Assembly: GCA_951406725.2 (NCBI GenBank)
Contig: OX597825.1
Span: forward strand, 12,586,001-12,650,000
Source: Octopus vulgaris
Taxonomy: Eukaryota
Length of the DNA: 64,000 bases
Reading direction: 5' to 3'
The position numbers and the translations under genes were made by a program. Positions 1 to 13,274 of the stretch are shown here, one piece after another. Each line of letters begins with the position of its first letter. Positions within the stretch are counted from its first letter, which is position 1. A model generated the notes under the pieces. It made no database searches, was not told the DNA's origin, and worked only from the letters and a program-made list of their open reading frames with translations.

Positions 1-522
1 ATTGCATCGTGTAAATAAATGTTTTATGCGTGTCCAAAAACTATAAAAATATTCAAAAATGGTTAATGCATATATATAAATTTGCAATTCAATGCAATCA
101 TATATTTTCATTCTAAGAACATTTTAAAATTATTTACATAGTCTACATTCGTAAGAGAAGTTCAGTATTAGATGTATATATTACGATTTTTTATGACTTT
201 TCAATGATAATTTTACCCAATGATATGGCTTCTTTTCAATATGTGTCTTTAAACTCCACTCACTGATATCTGTAACCCAGTATTACGTTCAAGAACCAGG
301 TACGGGAAAGTACAAGTTTAATTTGCGAAAAAACAACTTGTAATAACAATTTAAGTCGTGTTGACAACTCTTCTACCATGGATTATATACACAAACGTAC
401 ATGTTTTCGAATTTCACACTCACTCACCCTATTTGTTTGCTTGTCTGGAACTCTCTCACTCACTCACTCACTCACTCTCTCTCTTTATATATATGTATAT
501 ATATATATTCTTGTATGTTTTT

Positions 523-692
523 TTGTTTCAGTCATTTGACCGCGGCCATGCTGGGACACCAACGTAAGGTAAAAACATGTATGCACTCATAAATGTCGAC
601 TGTGGCCAAGCTGGAGCACCGCCTTTTAGTCGAGCAAATCGACCCCAGAACATATTCTTTGTAAGCCTAGTAATTTTTCTATCGGTGTCTTT
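523..692 (-). mobile_element. SINE family A, 3' fragment(s)
   Basis: Reverse complement matches the 3' part (..ccagcatggccgcagtcaaatgactgaaaca) of the full copies at 9115, 16152 and 63039. The tail motif occurs twice. Confidence 0.75.
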
Positions 693-762
<70 letters not shown>

Positions 763-989
763 TATATATATGTAATGTATATCATTCTATGTATGTATTT
801 ATAAATATTAGGTTGAGGAATACGTTCGTGCGCCGTGTTAAAATAAAGTTGTTTTATATATTCTTGTGGTGTGTGTGTACGTGTGTTCATTCAGTTCATG
901 TAGGGTTCAATGATGAGTCACTGCTGAAAAGTACCCAAGACTTGTTCTTCGAAAACGCGCGTTGTTTGAATGAGACAATGCAAAGCGTC

Positions 990-1345
990 TTACCGCTAGA
1001 AAGACCAGCAAGAAAATACAATAATTGGATTGTGTGGAAGTTCTGCCGCATCCAGCCTATTAATCCAGACGTTGCTCCATCAGTCTACGTTTTCTTCCGA
1101 CCAATAGAGCACTTTATGAAAGGTCGCCGATATCAGTCATTTGGTGAAGTAGTTGAAGCTTGTGAAGAATTTTTCGATTAAAAGCCAAAGGATTGGTACT
1201 TTGACTAAATCTGAAAGCTTTGCAGATCATTGGCAGAAGATCGTGGAAAATAATGGTCTTTATTTTGAAAAATAATTTTGTTTTTTAAGTCTTGCATAAA
1301 ATATCATTATTTTACGGAGCCAAAACTTTTCCTCGCTTTAACTCT
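990..1345 (+). mobile_element. Decayed mariner transposase, C-terminal remnant
   Basis: Translation QPINPDVAPSVYVFFRPIEHFMKGRRY..EEFFD*KPKDWYFD matches the mariner YSPDLAPSDYHLF..F..K...F motif. Stops and frameshifts are present. Confidence 0.8.
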
Positions 1346-1449
1346 CTTCCTTATTAAGTTTAGCATCAAACAATCTAAAACATTCTTAAGCCTCCTGTCT
1401 CCTTGCAGAACGCAGCATGAAACTATTCCAGTGGTGTGTGTGCGTTTGT

Positions 1450-1587
<138 letters not shown>

Positions 1588-2140
1588 ATGTACGAAGTCA
1601 TGCTTTGTTTTCGTTACAGTTAGTGCGTCACTGAACATACATGTAGCAAAAGCATGGCAAAATGTCAAGACTCTATCCAATATTTTGATCCAGAATCGGT
1701 CGCATAATTTATCCAGTAAAATCGCAAATCTGGTCTACGAAATACACCACTAAAACGTTTCGTGATCGTCTTTATCCAAGCAGTCAGAAGGTAAAGAATA
1801 GCTAAACGTTTTTCTTCGTAGAATATCTGCTTTGTTATTCCCTATAGATTAAAATTCGTAATCTACTACGCGAATATTCTTAACGTTTCAAAGCATATAT
1901 TTCAGCGTCGTATGTAGGCAATGATCTCAATAATCGAAATTTTATTACAGAACAGTCTCTATTAAATAAATCGAGCGTAATAACAACGCTGCAAATAAAG
2001 CAACTGTAATTCCGTCAGAAGGTAATTATATTGCAATCCGAGATATTGTCGTTTGATTCACAGTCATATGTTTATCTGTGGAGGTAAATGACTGGTAAAT
2101 GTTAATTATATATTTATTTCTTCCTAAAGTAAATACACGT

Positions 2141-2256
2141 GTGTATGTATGTATGTATGTATGTATGTATGTATGTATGTATGTATGTATGTATGTATGT
2201 ATGTATGTATGTATGTATGTGTGTATGTATATATGTATGTATGTATGTATGTATGT
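2141..2256. repeat. (TATG)n microsatellite; a second array lies at about 2648-2785
   Basis: Directly visible tetranucleotide arrays. They explain the MYVC/HTYI ORFs. Confidence 0.95.
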
Positions 2257-2992
2257 AGGTGTGAGGTTTGTGTTTGTGTGTGTTGTATGTTTGCTAGTGT
2301 CATTGTAAACATCGTCAATACCATTTTTATTTTCTAAAACACAATAATTTAACTGGCAGAAAAAATATTTTGAAATTAAATAGATACCACCCCGTGTAAC
2401 CTTCTTCGCTTATTTTTATGTGAACAGCAATATTTATATATTGGAGGATACTAATGAATTCTTGAGAACAAAGCAAACACCAGATTATCTACGCTGACAC
2501 TTAAGTAGGCCTCTCCAAAAGATAGCATACTTATAAATAGGCTCATTTACATGACCCTCACCAGAGAGACGAGTTTCAGAGAGCGCAACTATACCAAGGG
2601 AATATTTCTTAAGCTCACATTCAATAAGTACCGAACCGTTCAATCTTTGTATGTATGTATGTATGTATGTATGTATGTATGTATGTATGTATGTATGTAT
2701 GTATGTATGTATGTATGTATGTATGTATGTATGTATGTATGTATGTATTTATGTATGTATGTATGTATGTATGTATGTATGTATGAATGTAAGTGTGTAA
2801 TGCATACGTATATATTTGTGTGTATGTAAAAGTATATACATATAATATATATATATAAATGTTTTCTCTTTACGTTCATTTAAATACATGAGCGTATGTA
2901 TGGAGATTTTAAGAAGTGTGCTGCAGTCAACAATAATTATTACTTATTGTCTAATGCACCTTGTCTAGTTAAGATTGCAAGAATAAATACTG

Positions 2993-3056
<64 letters not shown>

Positions 3057-3066
3057 CAGTAGCAGT
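2993..3066. repeat. (TAG)n microsatellite
   Basis: Directly visible. Confidence 0.95.
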
Positions 3067-3396
3067 GTCGGTTGGAGCTGGTGGCAATCAAAGCATCTCT
3101 GACACCAATTGTGAATATATAATGATGATGTTTGTGAACGATTTCTAGTTATTGCTTTTTGCAGCTGTTCTAAGAATTATAGTCCAAATGTTATTCCTGA
3201 TTGTTATGTCTTACAGCTACATAAGCATCATAGATATCACATATTTAATTCTATTTTTCAGATTTCCTGTTGGTTTTCTGTAGCTAGAAGAAATATATAT
3301 CTAAAGGAGTTGGACAGAATTATGGAAAAAAACCTAGCTCTATAGCATCATAATTTTGAAATATCTATAAAATCGCCAAAAGCTTACTCTCTCTCT

Positions 3397-3807
3397 CTCT
3401 TTTACTCTTTTACTTGTTTCAGTCATTTGACTGCGGCCATGCTGGAGCACCGCCTTTAATCGTGCAACTCGACCCCGGGACTTATTCTTTTGTAAGCCAA
3501 GTACTTATTCTGTCGGTCTCTTTTGCCGAACCGCTAAGTAACGGGGACATAAATACTACCAGCATCGGATGTCAAGCAATGCTAGGAGGGCAAACACAGA
3601 TACACAAACATATACACACGCATATACACATATATACATATAAACGACGGGCTTCTTTCAGTTTCCGTCTACCAAATCTACTGACAAGGATTTGGCCGGC
3701 CCGAGGCTATAGTAGAAGACACTTGCCCAAGATGCCACGCAGTGGGACTGAACCCGGAACCATGTGGTTGGTAAACAAGCTACTTACCACACATCCACTC
3801 CTGCGCT
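3397..3807 (-). mobile_element. SINE family A, full length (tRNA-like head, CORE-like segment)
   Basis: Reverse complement aligns end to end with 9115-9484 and 63039-63453. It has a B-box-like GGTTCAGTCCC, a CORE-like CTTGGGCAAGT and a (GTAAAAGA)n tail. Confidence 0.9.
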
Positions 3808-4215
3808 TGTTTATTTTTTATGTTTTTTTTGTTGTTTAATATGCTTTGCTAAAATTGGGGTTTCTTTTCAGACACCATCAGAACAACGCAATTAAAATTC
3901 ATTAAAATGACAGATCTATCGAACTTTCAAGGAGGTCAATATGCACATATGTTTATCTGAGTTTATGTCTCCCTCAAATTCCATTTGCTATGATGAACCA
4001 TTGCTCCAAATTGCTCCCCAGACCATCACAGAATAACTGCCGCGTTTCGTTCGTAAATGCAAAGTCAGAAATCCAGGATCTAGAATTATCCAGTAATTTT
4101 TTATTATTTTCATCTTCTCTCTTTGTTTTCTCTCTGTGTTGATATAAAGACACTTAAGCAGATCATGGCTGCTATTTTCAGCATGGTGGTATCTCGTAGA
4201 TACCCTAATTTATAA

Positions 4216-4248
<33 letters not shown>

Positions 4249-5258
4249 AGAATACAGTGTACATTCAAACACATAAGAGGTGACCAATGATAGGACATTT
4301 GGCTCACTAGAAAGAGCAGTTAAAACTCCAAGCCTCTAATAGTTGCAATTCTGAAAGGGAATGAAAAATAAAATCATTTACCCTATTTTCCTCGACTATG
4401 CATAGTTTCTGCAATCTTATATAAATTAAAATAAAATAATTTTACCTTATATCTGGCGTTGCTTCGTCAGATATATGTATGTATTTATTTATTTATGTAT
4501 GTATATATGTATGTATGACTATTCCTGTATCTGTGTGTGTGTATGTGTATCAATTTGTTACTATTAAAAGACCCACTATTGTAACATTACTTTTGATCCT
4601 TACCACTCAAAATCATACCTTACGCCGGAAGTTCAGCAAGACTGCAGACAACTTCATTTGACATGACTTCCGGTTGAGATATAAACTTCAAACTTTGATT
4701 GTTTAGCGGTGACCTTTTTAAGATAACTATTTCAGATTTATATGAAAAGCCAAAGACAGTTTAAAAACTGAAGATCGAATGATTCTAAGAATATATGTTG
4801 GCAGGATTTCATTGACAAATCTTAACATCTGTCATTCTGTCTACATTTCTGTCATTAATTATAGCTCGAACTGAATTTATAATTACCAGCCACCATTTCT
4901 CTCAGAGTGTCTTTCTCTCTGTCTATAAGTACTTATGTATATATTTGTATCTATATCTTTTTCTTTCTCAAGTTGTCTATCTATGTTATTTTTCTTTATC
5001 GTTTTCAAAATTTTATTCTTCTGTTTGTTGATATTTATCACTCAGTTTCTCCGTACGTTACCCATCTCTCGACCTCTTTTCTCTCTCCTCACTCTTTTCT
5101 CTCCTCCTCCTCTCTTCTCTTTCCTCTTCCTTCTCTCCTCTCCCGCGCCCCCTCCCCCCTTTCTCACCCCTACCCCCCTGCTCTTCTCTCTATTTATACA
5201 CACACATATATATTTCTAAGTATTTACCAATCTCTATAATATACTTTCTTTCTTTCTT

Positions 5259-5296
<38 letters not shown>

Positions 5297-5421
5297 CATT
5301 TATCTATTTTCTATTTCTGTATACATATATTTATATATACATGTATATGTGTGTGTGTGAGTGTGTGTGTATATATATATATGTTTGTGCATATATATAT
5401 ATATGTATGTATATATATCTA

Positions 5422-5456
<35 letters not shown>

Positions 5457-5501
5457 ATATTTATGTATGTATATGTATGTGTGTATACGTATATGCATAT
5501 C

Positions 5502-5532
<31 letters not shown>

Positions 5533-5534
5533 CA

Positions 5535-5603
<69 letters not shown>

Positions 5604-5864
5604 GAACAAAGGAAGAATTCTTTCAATTCGCGTCAAGATCTATACTTCCGACACATACAAAAGACAAAAGGAGGAAGAATATATCTTTATTATGCTCCAT
5701 GGGAAAATATGTTTGTCTTCTGTGAAGTTATATGATGCCCTTTGTGTTTCTAAATGGTTCTTCTCAGAAACCTTACACAAATCTACTCCTTAAGGAACAT
5801 TGCCTTGTATTTTACGAATTTTATCAACAATTTCGCTTTGGACGCTCATATACTTCTTCCCCCT

Positions 5865-6140
5865 GTGCAGCCTAGAATTGTCTGCTATTCTGTATACGCA
5901 GAACTGCCATCAATACGTAAAATGCATATCATTGGCCAAGTGGCTTCAGTTCGTAAGCAAAACACGTTAAATTTATGAGAAGACACTCGTAAATCAAATA
6001 TCCACACACATCGAGCAAACGGTCAATTCTTCGTTGGAATATTGTATCTACCGTAGTCAACGAAAGTAAAATATTTAGAAGACAGCTACAATTACTAGAA
6101 TTCCAAATATGAATGATCAGGGAAGCCCCCATTGTCTATA
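5865..6140 (+). mobile_element. Possible highly decayed GIY-YIG endonuclease (Penelope-like) remnant
   Basis: Frameshifted patches SAILYTQNC / HIIGQ / STHIE / WNIV / LQLLE..I....P follow the motif order of a PLE endonuclease. The signal is weak. Confidence 0.25.
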
Positions 6141-6244
6141 AAAATAAAGTAGTTCTACCAATCTAATACGTGTGGTTTTCCGAATCCAGCAAGTAAGCTT
6201 CTACTTTCTACTTGCCATTCTTTCTGCTGCTATTAAAAGCAAGT

Positions 6245-6631
6245 GTGGAGGCGCAATGGCCCAGTGGTTAGGGCAGCGGACTCGCGGTCGTAGGATCGCG
6301 GTTTCGATTCCCAGACCGGGCGTTGTGAGTGTTTATTGAGCGAAAACACCTAAGGCTCCATGAGGCTCCGGCAAGGATGGTGGTGATCCCTGCTGTACTC
6401 TTTCACCACAACTTTCTCTCACTCTTACTTCCTGTTTCTGTTGTACCTGTATTTCAAAGGGCCGGCCTTGTCACTCTCTGTGTCACGCTGAATATCCCCG
6501 AGAACTACGTTAAGGGTACACGTGTCTGTGGAATGCTCAGCCACTTACACGTTAATTTCACGAGCAGGCTGTTCCGTTGATTCGGATCAACCGGAACCCT
6601 CATCGCCGTAACCGACGGAGTGCTTCCATCC
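6245..6631 (+). mobile_element. SINE family C, full length (tRNA-derived, probably Arg-like head)
   Basis: A box TGGCCCAGTGG, B box GTTTCGATTCC. Nearly identical to 35037-35424. 13-bp TSD ATTAAAAGCAAGT at 6232-6244 and 6632-6644. Confidence 0.92.
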
Positions 6632-7671
6632 ATTAAAAGCAAGTAAATCTGTATCCATAACATGACCATTCCTAAATACAGCAAAATCTCTATCAAATAT
6701 AACTTATTTGTTCTGACAAGAAAACCGACATTGGATAATGTATTGGTAGATAAAGAGAAGATGGCGATGCGTATATATGTTTTGACCTTATGCTTGCGCA
6801 ATCTTGGAATTAAACAATGGTAAGTAAAGTTATTGAAAGAACGTACAATTTTTAAAACATCAAATAATTTATGTTTCTAAATGAAAATGGATTTCATGTA
6901 ATCATAGCAGAAATTCTAATCCAGCTACGGTATACAGATTGCTTTCTTCATAATCTTTTGTTTGAAAGAACCACGTGTTAAGAAGCAATGCTGTTCAACA
7001 TGACCAAGGTGTTAATCTCTAATCCATGTAATAATTTATAACTTCAGGGTTGCTTCCCCTACCCAGAATTGATTATGAAGTTAATGATTCTTTCCTTTCT
7101 CAAAAGGGCAATTATAGTTAATTAAAATCTAATGGCTCACTAAATTGATGGCTTTATTTTTAAGCAGAATATTTCCCTGGGTAATTTTCTCCATTGAACC
7201 CTACTTCCCAAAATGCGCTCTTTCGATGGTCGATTCTGATTTCCTAAATTTACAGATATCTGTCAGAGATGTATGCATAGATCAAATATGAAAATTCATG
7301 TTAAATAGAAATATACATCCTTAAATCGTTAAATCCTTTAAAATGTTTCAGCCCGAAAGCTGCGGCCATGCTGGGGCATCACCGTTGAATGAGCTACACT
7401 AGTATGTGAAACTACCTCTCATATGTGGCACTTGGTCAACAAGGGAGTTCGACGCCGCTGCCCGTATCTGTGTTTCCTGTCGGGAGGTAGGTTCATCTGG
7501 AACCCCTGAGATAGATTTTAATTTTAAAGAAGAAAATACATGTAGAGATTTCTTTAAAACTGGTGCTGTAATGGAGTTTTACTTGCTGAGTTGTATAAGT
7601 TTCAGAAATGTAAGCATCGCCTTTCATTCCTACATTCCTACAGGGAAGAATTTTGCATTAAAAAAAATAAT

Positions 7672-7881
7672 AATGATTTCAAATTTTGCCACAAGGGCAG
7701 CAATTTTGGGGGAGAGAATGAGTCGGTTACATCCACCGCAATGTTGAAGTGGTACTTATTTTATCCACTCTGAATGGATGAATAACAAAGTCGACGGAAT
7801 TTGAACTCAGAACCTTCAGAGAGGCAGATTGCCTTAGGCATTTCGCCCGGCACGCTAACGATTCTGCCAGCTTGCCGCCTT
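7672..7881 (-). mobile_element. SINE family B, diverged copy with alternative tail
   Basis: Reverse complement begins aaggcggcaagctggcagaatcgttagc and contains GAGTTCAAATTCC, as at 57421. Confidence 0.8.
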
Positions 7882-9055
7882 AATGATAACAACAACAATA
7901 ATAAGGATGATGGTGATGATAATAATAATATTCTTCCACATAAATGAACCAACACATTGTCTACTTGTAACACATTTTTATTCTGGTATTCTTGTCAAAT
8001 TATTTTCAAAATATCAGTATTGTACACACCGGATTGAAGTAAAACTATTCGCTTGAAATATCTCTGAAATATGATTATGTTAAATAAATTGGCTTCTCAA
8101 AGCCAATGGAGGTGGTTTAAATTTTTATCGGAAATTAGTATATAGCATCTCATAATACCATACTAATCATCTTTGGGTATCGGATTTAAGTAACATGATT
8201 CTAAGTACTCAATTAGAATGTTTGTAAAATACCAACAATACAGACGTCTGTGACGGGTTTAGAAAGAATGTATGAAGTTAAAATGTTTCAAAAAACATAC
8301 AGTATTTGGATTGCAAATTTATGAGAAGACCATCAGAAGCTGAATTGCAGAAACTCTGAACTGTACCATATATTTATTTCGCGTTAGCGTAATCGTCGTA
8401 CGGAGAAAATGAAAGAAATATGAAATCTCGAAATCATCGAAGATCTGGCTGTATCTGCGACCATAGTGAGCATATCTCCTTCCCTTGTCAGCTCATTAAA
8501 ATAGTGCTTTTGTTGGTTATTGAGTTGTTTTAACACTTATTTCTAGCAAAGCTGCTTCTGATTAGTGACCTTGTTCATTTTAGTCTTGTTACTTTATTTC
8601 TCACGCTCAGCGACTGTGTGTGTCGCTTAAAGAATATACAGTATTTGCGAATGGAAATAGCTTTTGTCACGTCACTAGCTGGAGATTGTCTCTCACTGAG
8701 GAGGGATAACATTCAGAAACCTAGGTTTGTGAGTATCACGTAAAGCTAGAAATGAGAGCGATGATCTCTTAATACGACGGGCAGAAAGTAAATAAGAAAT
8801 GTTAACGGAAAATAAGTTTTGTACAGGAGGAAGCGAAATTTGTCACTCGGTGAACCAAAGAGACAGTATCGAAGAAAACAGACAGAAACAGTCAAGAACA
8901 GAGAAACACAAAACCGTACACATTGAAAGGAAATTTATGAAAATATGAATTGCAATATACGGACACAAACTAATGGAAAAGATGTTTTCCTGGGGCTAAA
9001 ACAACAGTAATATCGTCCTTTACGGGACTGCCACGTTATGTTGGCATATAAACAT

Positions 9056-9114
<59 letters not shown>

Positions 9115-9116
<2 letters not shown>

Positions 9117-9285
9117 CGCAGGAGTGGCTGTGTGGAAAGTAGCTTGCTAACCAACCACATGGTTCTGGGTTCAGTCCCACTGCGTGGCATCTTGGGCAAG
9201 TGTCTTCTGCTATAGCCCCGGGCCGACCAATGCCTTGTGAGTGGATTTGGTAGAGGGAAACTGAAAGAAGCCTGTCGTATATATG

Positions 9286-9316
<31 letters not shown>

Positions 9317-9484
9317 ATGTTTGTGTGTCTGTGTTTGTCCCCCTAGCATTGCTTGACAACCGATGCCGATAGAATAAGTACTGGGCTTACAAAGAATAAG
9401 TCCTGGGGTCGAGTTGCTCCAGTAAAGGCGGTGCCCCAGCATGGCCGCAGTCAAATGACTGAAACAAGTAAAAGAGTAAAAGAG
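9115..9484 (+). mobile_element. SINE family A, full length
   Basis: ggcgcaggagtggctgtgtgg...gaaacaagtaaaagagtaaaagag. It starts immediately after a (TA)n run. Confidence 0.9.
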
Positions 9485-10291
9485 TACATAGCAAATACAT
9501 CGATGTAACGAACTGCAAACTTTGAGAAGTTAAAGACATGTCTGAATCCATTTCCTCATTAAGATTTAACTTCCATAAGAGTACAAATATGAAATCTTTC
9601 TGAACATAACATAATTTCCATACAGAGACATTAGAGTAGCATATAACAAAAGCATCTCTTGCAATGACACAGACATTGTGTGTGGTGGCACAAAGACAGT
9701 TTATATCTACAGCAATGTAGATGTAGCGGCATCTGTCCTTTGAAATCAGTTCAGACACCTCCACAAGTGAATACTTGATACGAATATTGAGATAATAAAA
9801 TATTAATCGGCTGTGAATTTTGAAACAAATTGATGGATTAAGTAATAAGATATTACAAACATCAATACAACGAAATAAATATCGTTGGAAACTATATCGA
9901 AAGGACAATAAACACATATAAAATGCATTTCAGAAAACAAATATAAATTCTCTATAAAATGGAATTCTAGAATACCATATGAATGTGAATGTAGCTTACA
10001 GCCACGCCTCTGCCTACATAATTACTGCCATTAAGAATATTTTTTACCAAAAATCAAATGAGTAGTTTTTATACCTGCAAACATGGTCCTGTTTGATTTA
10101 TTAGTTCAAAGTGATTTATAACTTCGACGTGCGTGTTTGTGTGTCATGTGTGTGTATTCCTGATAAAAGATCATATTTATGCCAAAAACGATGCCGCGTA
10201 ACAAAATTGGTTTCTTGAACGAATAAATACTCACAACTGCGAAACCTCATAATTCATAAGGATAACACTATTTGATCACAAATGAAACCTT

Positions 10292-10500
10292 AATAATCCT
10301 TAGCACTATAGGCACGGAGCCAGAAATTGTGTGTGAGGGAGCTAGTCGATTTCATCGAACCCCAGTGCGTAACTGGTACTTATTTAATCAACCCCGAATG
10401 GATGAAAGGCAAAGTCGACATCGGCGGAATTTGAACTCTGCACGGAAGGAAGCACGAAATACCGCTAAGAATTTTGACTAACGTGCTAAATGTTCAGCCA
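10292..10500 (-). mobile_element. SINE family B, diverged copy
   Basis: Contains ccccagtgcgtaactggtactt..gatgaaaggcaaagtcgac..ggcggaatttgaactc, shared with other B copies. Confidence 0.75.
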
Positions 10501-10754
10501 AATTTACGGTCAACATTCAATGTTTCGAGTAATCAAAATACTTTCCCCATCTATAAATCTTGCTGTTGTGTTAAAACATCAAGATACCATAGAATTGTGT
10601 GTAAAAGACCAAAAATCATGAAAGCGTGATGTATCTAAGAATCTTACAGTTTCAGAAATATAGAAATGAAATTGTGCGGCAATGAGAGAAAACCATTCGA
10701 GAAAACCAAAACACATCTCTCTCTTTCTCACAATCTGTATTAATTATTATTTGT

Positions 10755-10817
<63 letters not shown>

Positions 10818-11063
10818 TACATAACTATATACGTCTAAACAATAAACATACATACATATCTATATACCTATAAACGATAAACACATACCCACACACAGAT
10901 ACAAGTTTGTGAGGCGCGAGGTGTGTGTATACGAGCACAATCCACAATATTCCCGGCTACAATATCCCGAATCCAAAGTATTGTGAACCGAGATGACAAT
11001 AAATGCCGAAACAACCTGGTTGGAATCGAAACAACAAGGGTATTTTTTTCGTTTATATATATA

Positions 11064-11452
11064 CTAGCAGTATCGCCCGGCGTTGCTCAGATTTGTAAGG
11101 GAAATAACTATGAAGCATTTTTAGAGAGTTATAGCCAAAAAATAGCAAAAAAATGGAAAAAAAATGATGGTAAATTTTTTTGAGAGTTAAAAAAGGTGGA
11201 GTTGCGTCCCCTAGACGGTCTGTGGTTTGGGTTTCTGATTCTCGACCCCATGTCGAATTTATCAATTTTTTTCAGAACTGGGGGAACTTTTCAAAATTTT
11301 CGCTGCGTTAGTTTTGAATTATGACATTGGGCTATGTGTGTGTCAAGTTTCATCAGAATCGGTTGAAAGCCGTGGTCAGGGTGGAGGGTACAACCTGACA
11401 GACACACAGAAACACGCACAGACAGACAAACTGCCGTTTATATATAGAGAGA
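11064..11452 (-). mobile_element. Non-autonomous Helitron (Lep1-like architecture)
   Basis: On the minus strand it starts A|TCTCTCTATATATAAA and ends with the GC-rich subterminal segment gagcaacgccgggcgatactg then CTAG|T. It has an internal (CTGT)n-like tract, an AT target and no TSD. Confidence 0.7.
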
Positions 11453-11948
11453 TGTCAAAATAAAAATTGACTCATAATATTTGTCTTTCACTTTGTCGTG
11501 AAAAAACGCCATTATTAAAAAAAGTGTAATGCAAAATATATGCTACCCGCCTTGTGCTTGTGTATATTAACCCAATCAACTAATACACTACAACTTTCTG
11601 TTATCTTACAGATGTGACATCTGAGTTAATGCTAATGAAAGGTCAATGATATTAAAGGAACGTTCTGCATGACATACGGCTTTCCTTAGATCAAAGCGAA
11701 TCTAGGGCACATATTCCCATGTAATCTGCTTCTATAGATAAGTGTCTTGGGAAAGAACACATACAACCACATACTTATTTTCACGCACATACACATGCAT
11801 AATTGATAAACACATATAACTATGTACAAATATATAATTACATATTTATGTAAATATACATACATAAATTATGAACCATCAATCCCTGTACATTGTTTCT
11901 CTCTCCGTTCTATTTCGTTCTTTCTCTATTTTTTTTTTCCACTCAACA

Positions 11949-11984
11949 CTTTCTGTCGCAGAAAGTAGGTTCGAAACGTCAATG
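11949..11984 (+). ncRNA. Degenerate hammerhead-like motif in a Penelope-type tail repeat (about 11900-12080)
   Basis: cttt-CTGTCGC-a-gaaa-gtag-gttc-GAAA-cgtc-aatg. Homologous to 39824-39859, including the downstream ttcctgagcgt..gaactctc, and ends at a microsatellite. Confidence 0.4.
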
Positions 11985-12072
11985 ACTTTTCCATTCTTCC
12001 TGAGCGTCAAATTAACACACTCGTTTCTCGTAGCTTCACTTGTGTTCCACTTTTGTCTTCCGTAAATTTGAA

Positions 12073-12141
<69 letters not shown>

Positions 12142-12159
12142 AAATATATATATATATAT

Positions 12160-12194
<35 letters not shown>

Positions 12195-12718
12195 CTAACT
12201 GTCTGTATATATAATATACATGTACATATGTAGGTATATATGTATATATGCTGATATATAAGTATGTAGGCATGTATATATGTGTGTACTTACGCATGCA
12301 TGTATTTGTGTATGTACATATCGGAATTGAATATACACTGTCGATAAACCAATGACTACAGCATTTTTCCTGTGACAGCATCTCTAAAGGATAGCATGTG
12401 TTAAAAGCTCAACGTCTATCAGAAGTGCACGACAATTCTTCTTGACAGCGACCATGCACGTTTCATTGGCGGGTATTCGCAGCAACAGTTATGTCCCTTC
12501 TAAAATGAGGAGTTGGGATTTGTTTCACATTTCATGAAATAGCTTGAACATTAATTATATCTGTAATGACAAATATACTATTTATTTACCCCCACCTGCT
12601 ATACAAAGAGTCTGAACTGCACAATTAATGTAATACAAAAATATTCCATTATTCATAAATCCGTACGTACACACACACACACACACACACACTTACTTAT
12701 GTATGTCAGTCCTAACAT

Positions 12719-12953
12719 CTTATTTCTTTATTGCTCACAAGGGGCTAAAAATAGAAGGGACAAACAAGGACAGACAAAGGGATTAAGTTGATTACATCGA
12801 CCCCAGTGCGTAAATGGTACTTAATTTATCGACCCCGAAAGGATGAAAGATAAAGTCGACCTCGGCGGAATTTGAACTCAGAACGTAGCGTTAGACGGAA
12901 TATCGATAAGCATTTCGCCCGGCGTGCTAACATTTCTGCCAGCTCGCCGCCTT
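12719..12953 (-). mobile_element. SINE family B, full length
   Basis: Matches the reverse complement of 57421-57657. TSD TCAGTCCTAA(C/T)AT at 12706-12718 and 12954-12966. Confidence 0.9.
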
Positions 12954-13222
12954 TCAGTCCTAATATATTCTCAGGCAAATTATTGGATTTAGCCGACTCT
13001 GGTATTCTTGTTAATTTTGATACAACGCCAGAATTTTTGAGGAGGGGAAAAAAATCAATTACAGCGACCCCAGAGCTCAGCTGTCATTTACTATGTGCCC
13101 CCATGAATGGATGAAAAGCAGACATCATCTAGACGACATTCAGTCTCCATAAAAGAAGAAAAAAAACAGGAAGAAATATCAAGTTCCTTATCCGCCAAAG
13201 TAACAAATATGCCAGTTCTTCG

Positions 13223-13274
13223 CCATTGTGTTAATGATATTAAAAGAACCATTGTGTTAATGATATTAAAAGAA
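13223..13274. repeat. 26-bp perfect tandem duplication
   Basis: CCATTGTGTTAATGATATTAAAAGAA occurs twice, followed by degenerate partial copies. Confidence 0.9.

Noticed and set aside
3414-3839. Recurrent 'RRHLPKMPRSGTEP' ORFs (also at 9020, 16090, 38537, 62620)
   Set aside because: Antisense translations of SINE family A, not a protein family.
6245-6320. Possible functional tRNA gene (also at 35037 and 23085-23152)
   Set aside because: A and B boxes are present, but the acceptor stem is not intact and the sequence continues into SINE bodies. TSDs flank the family C copies.
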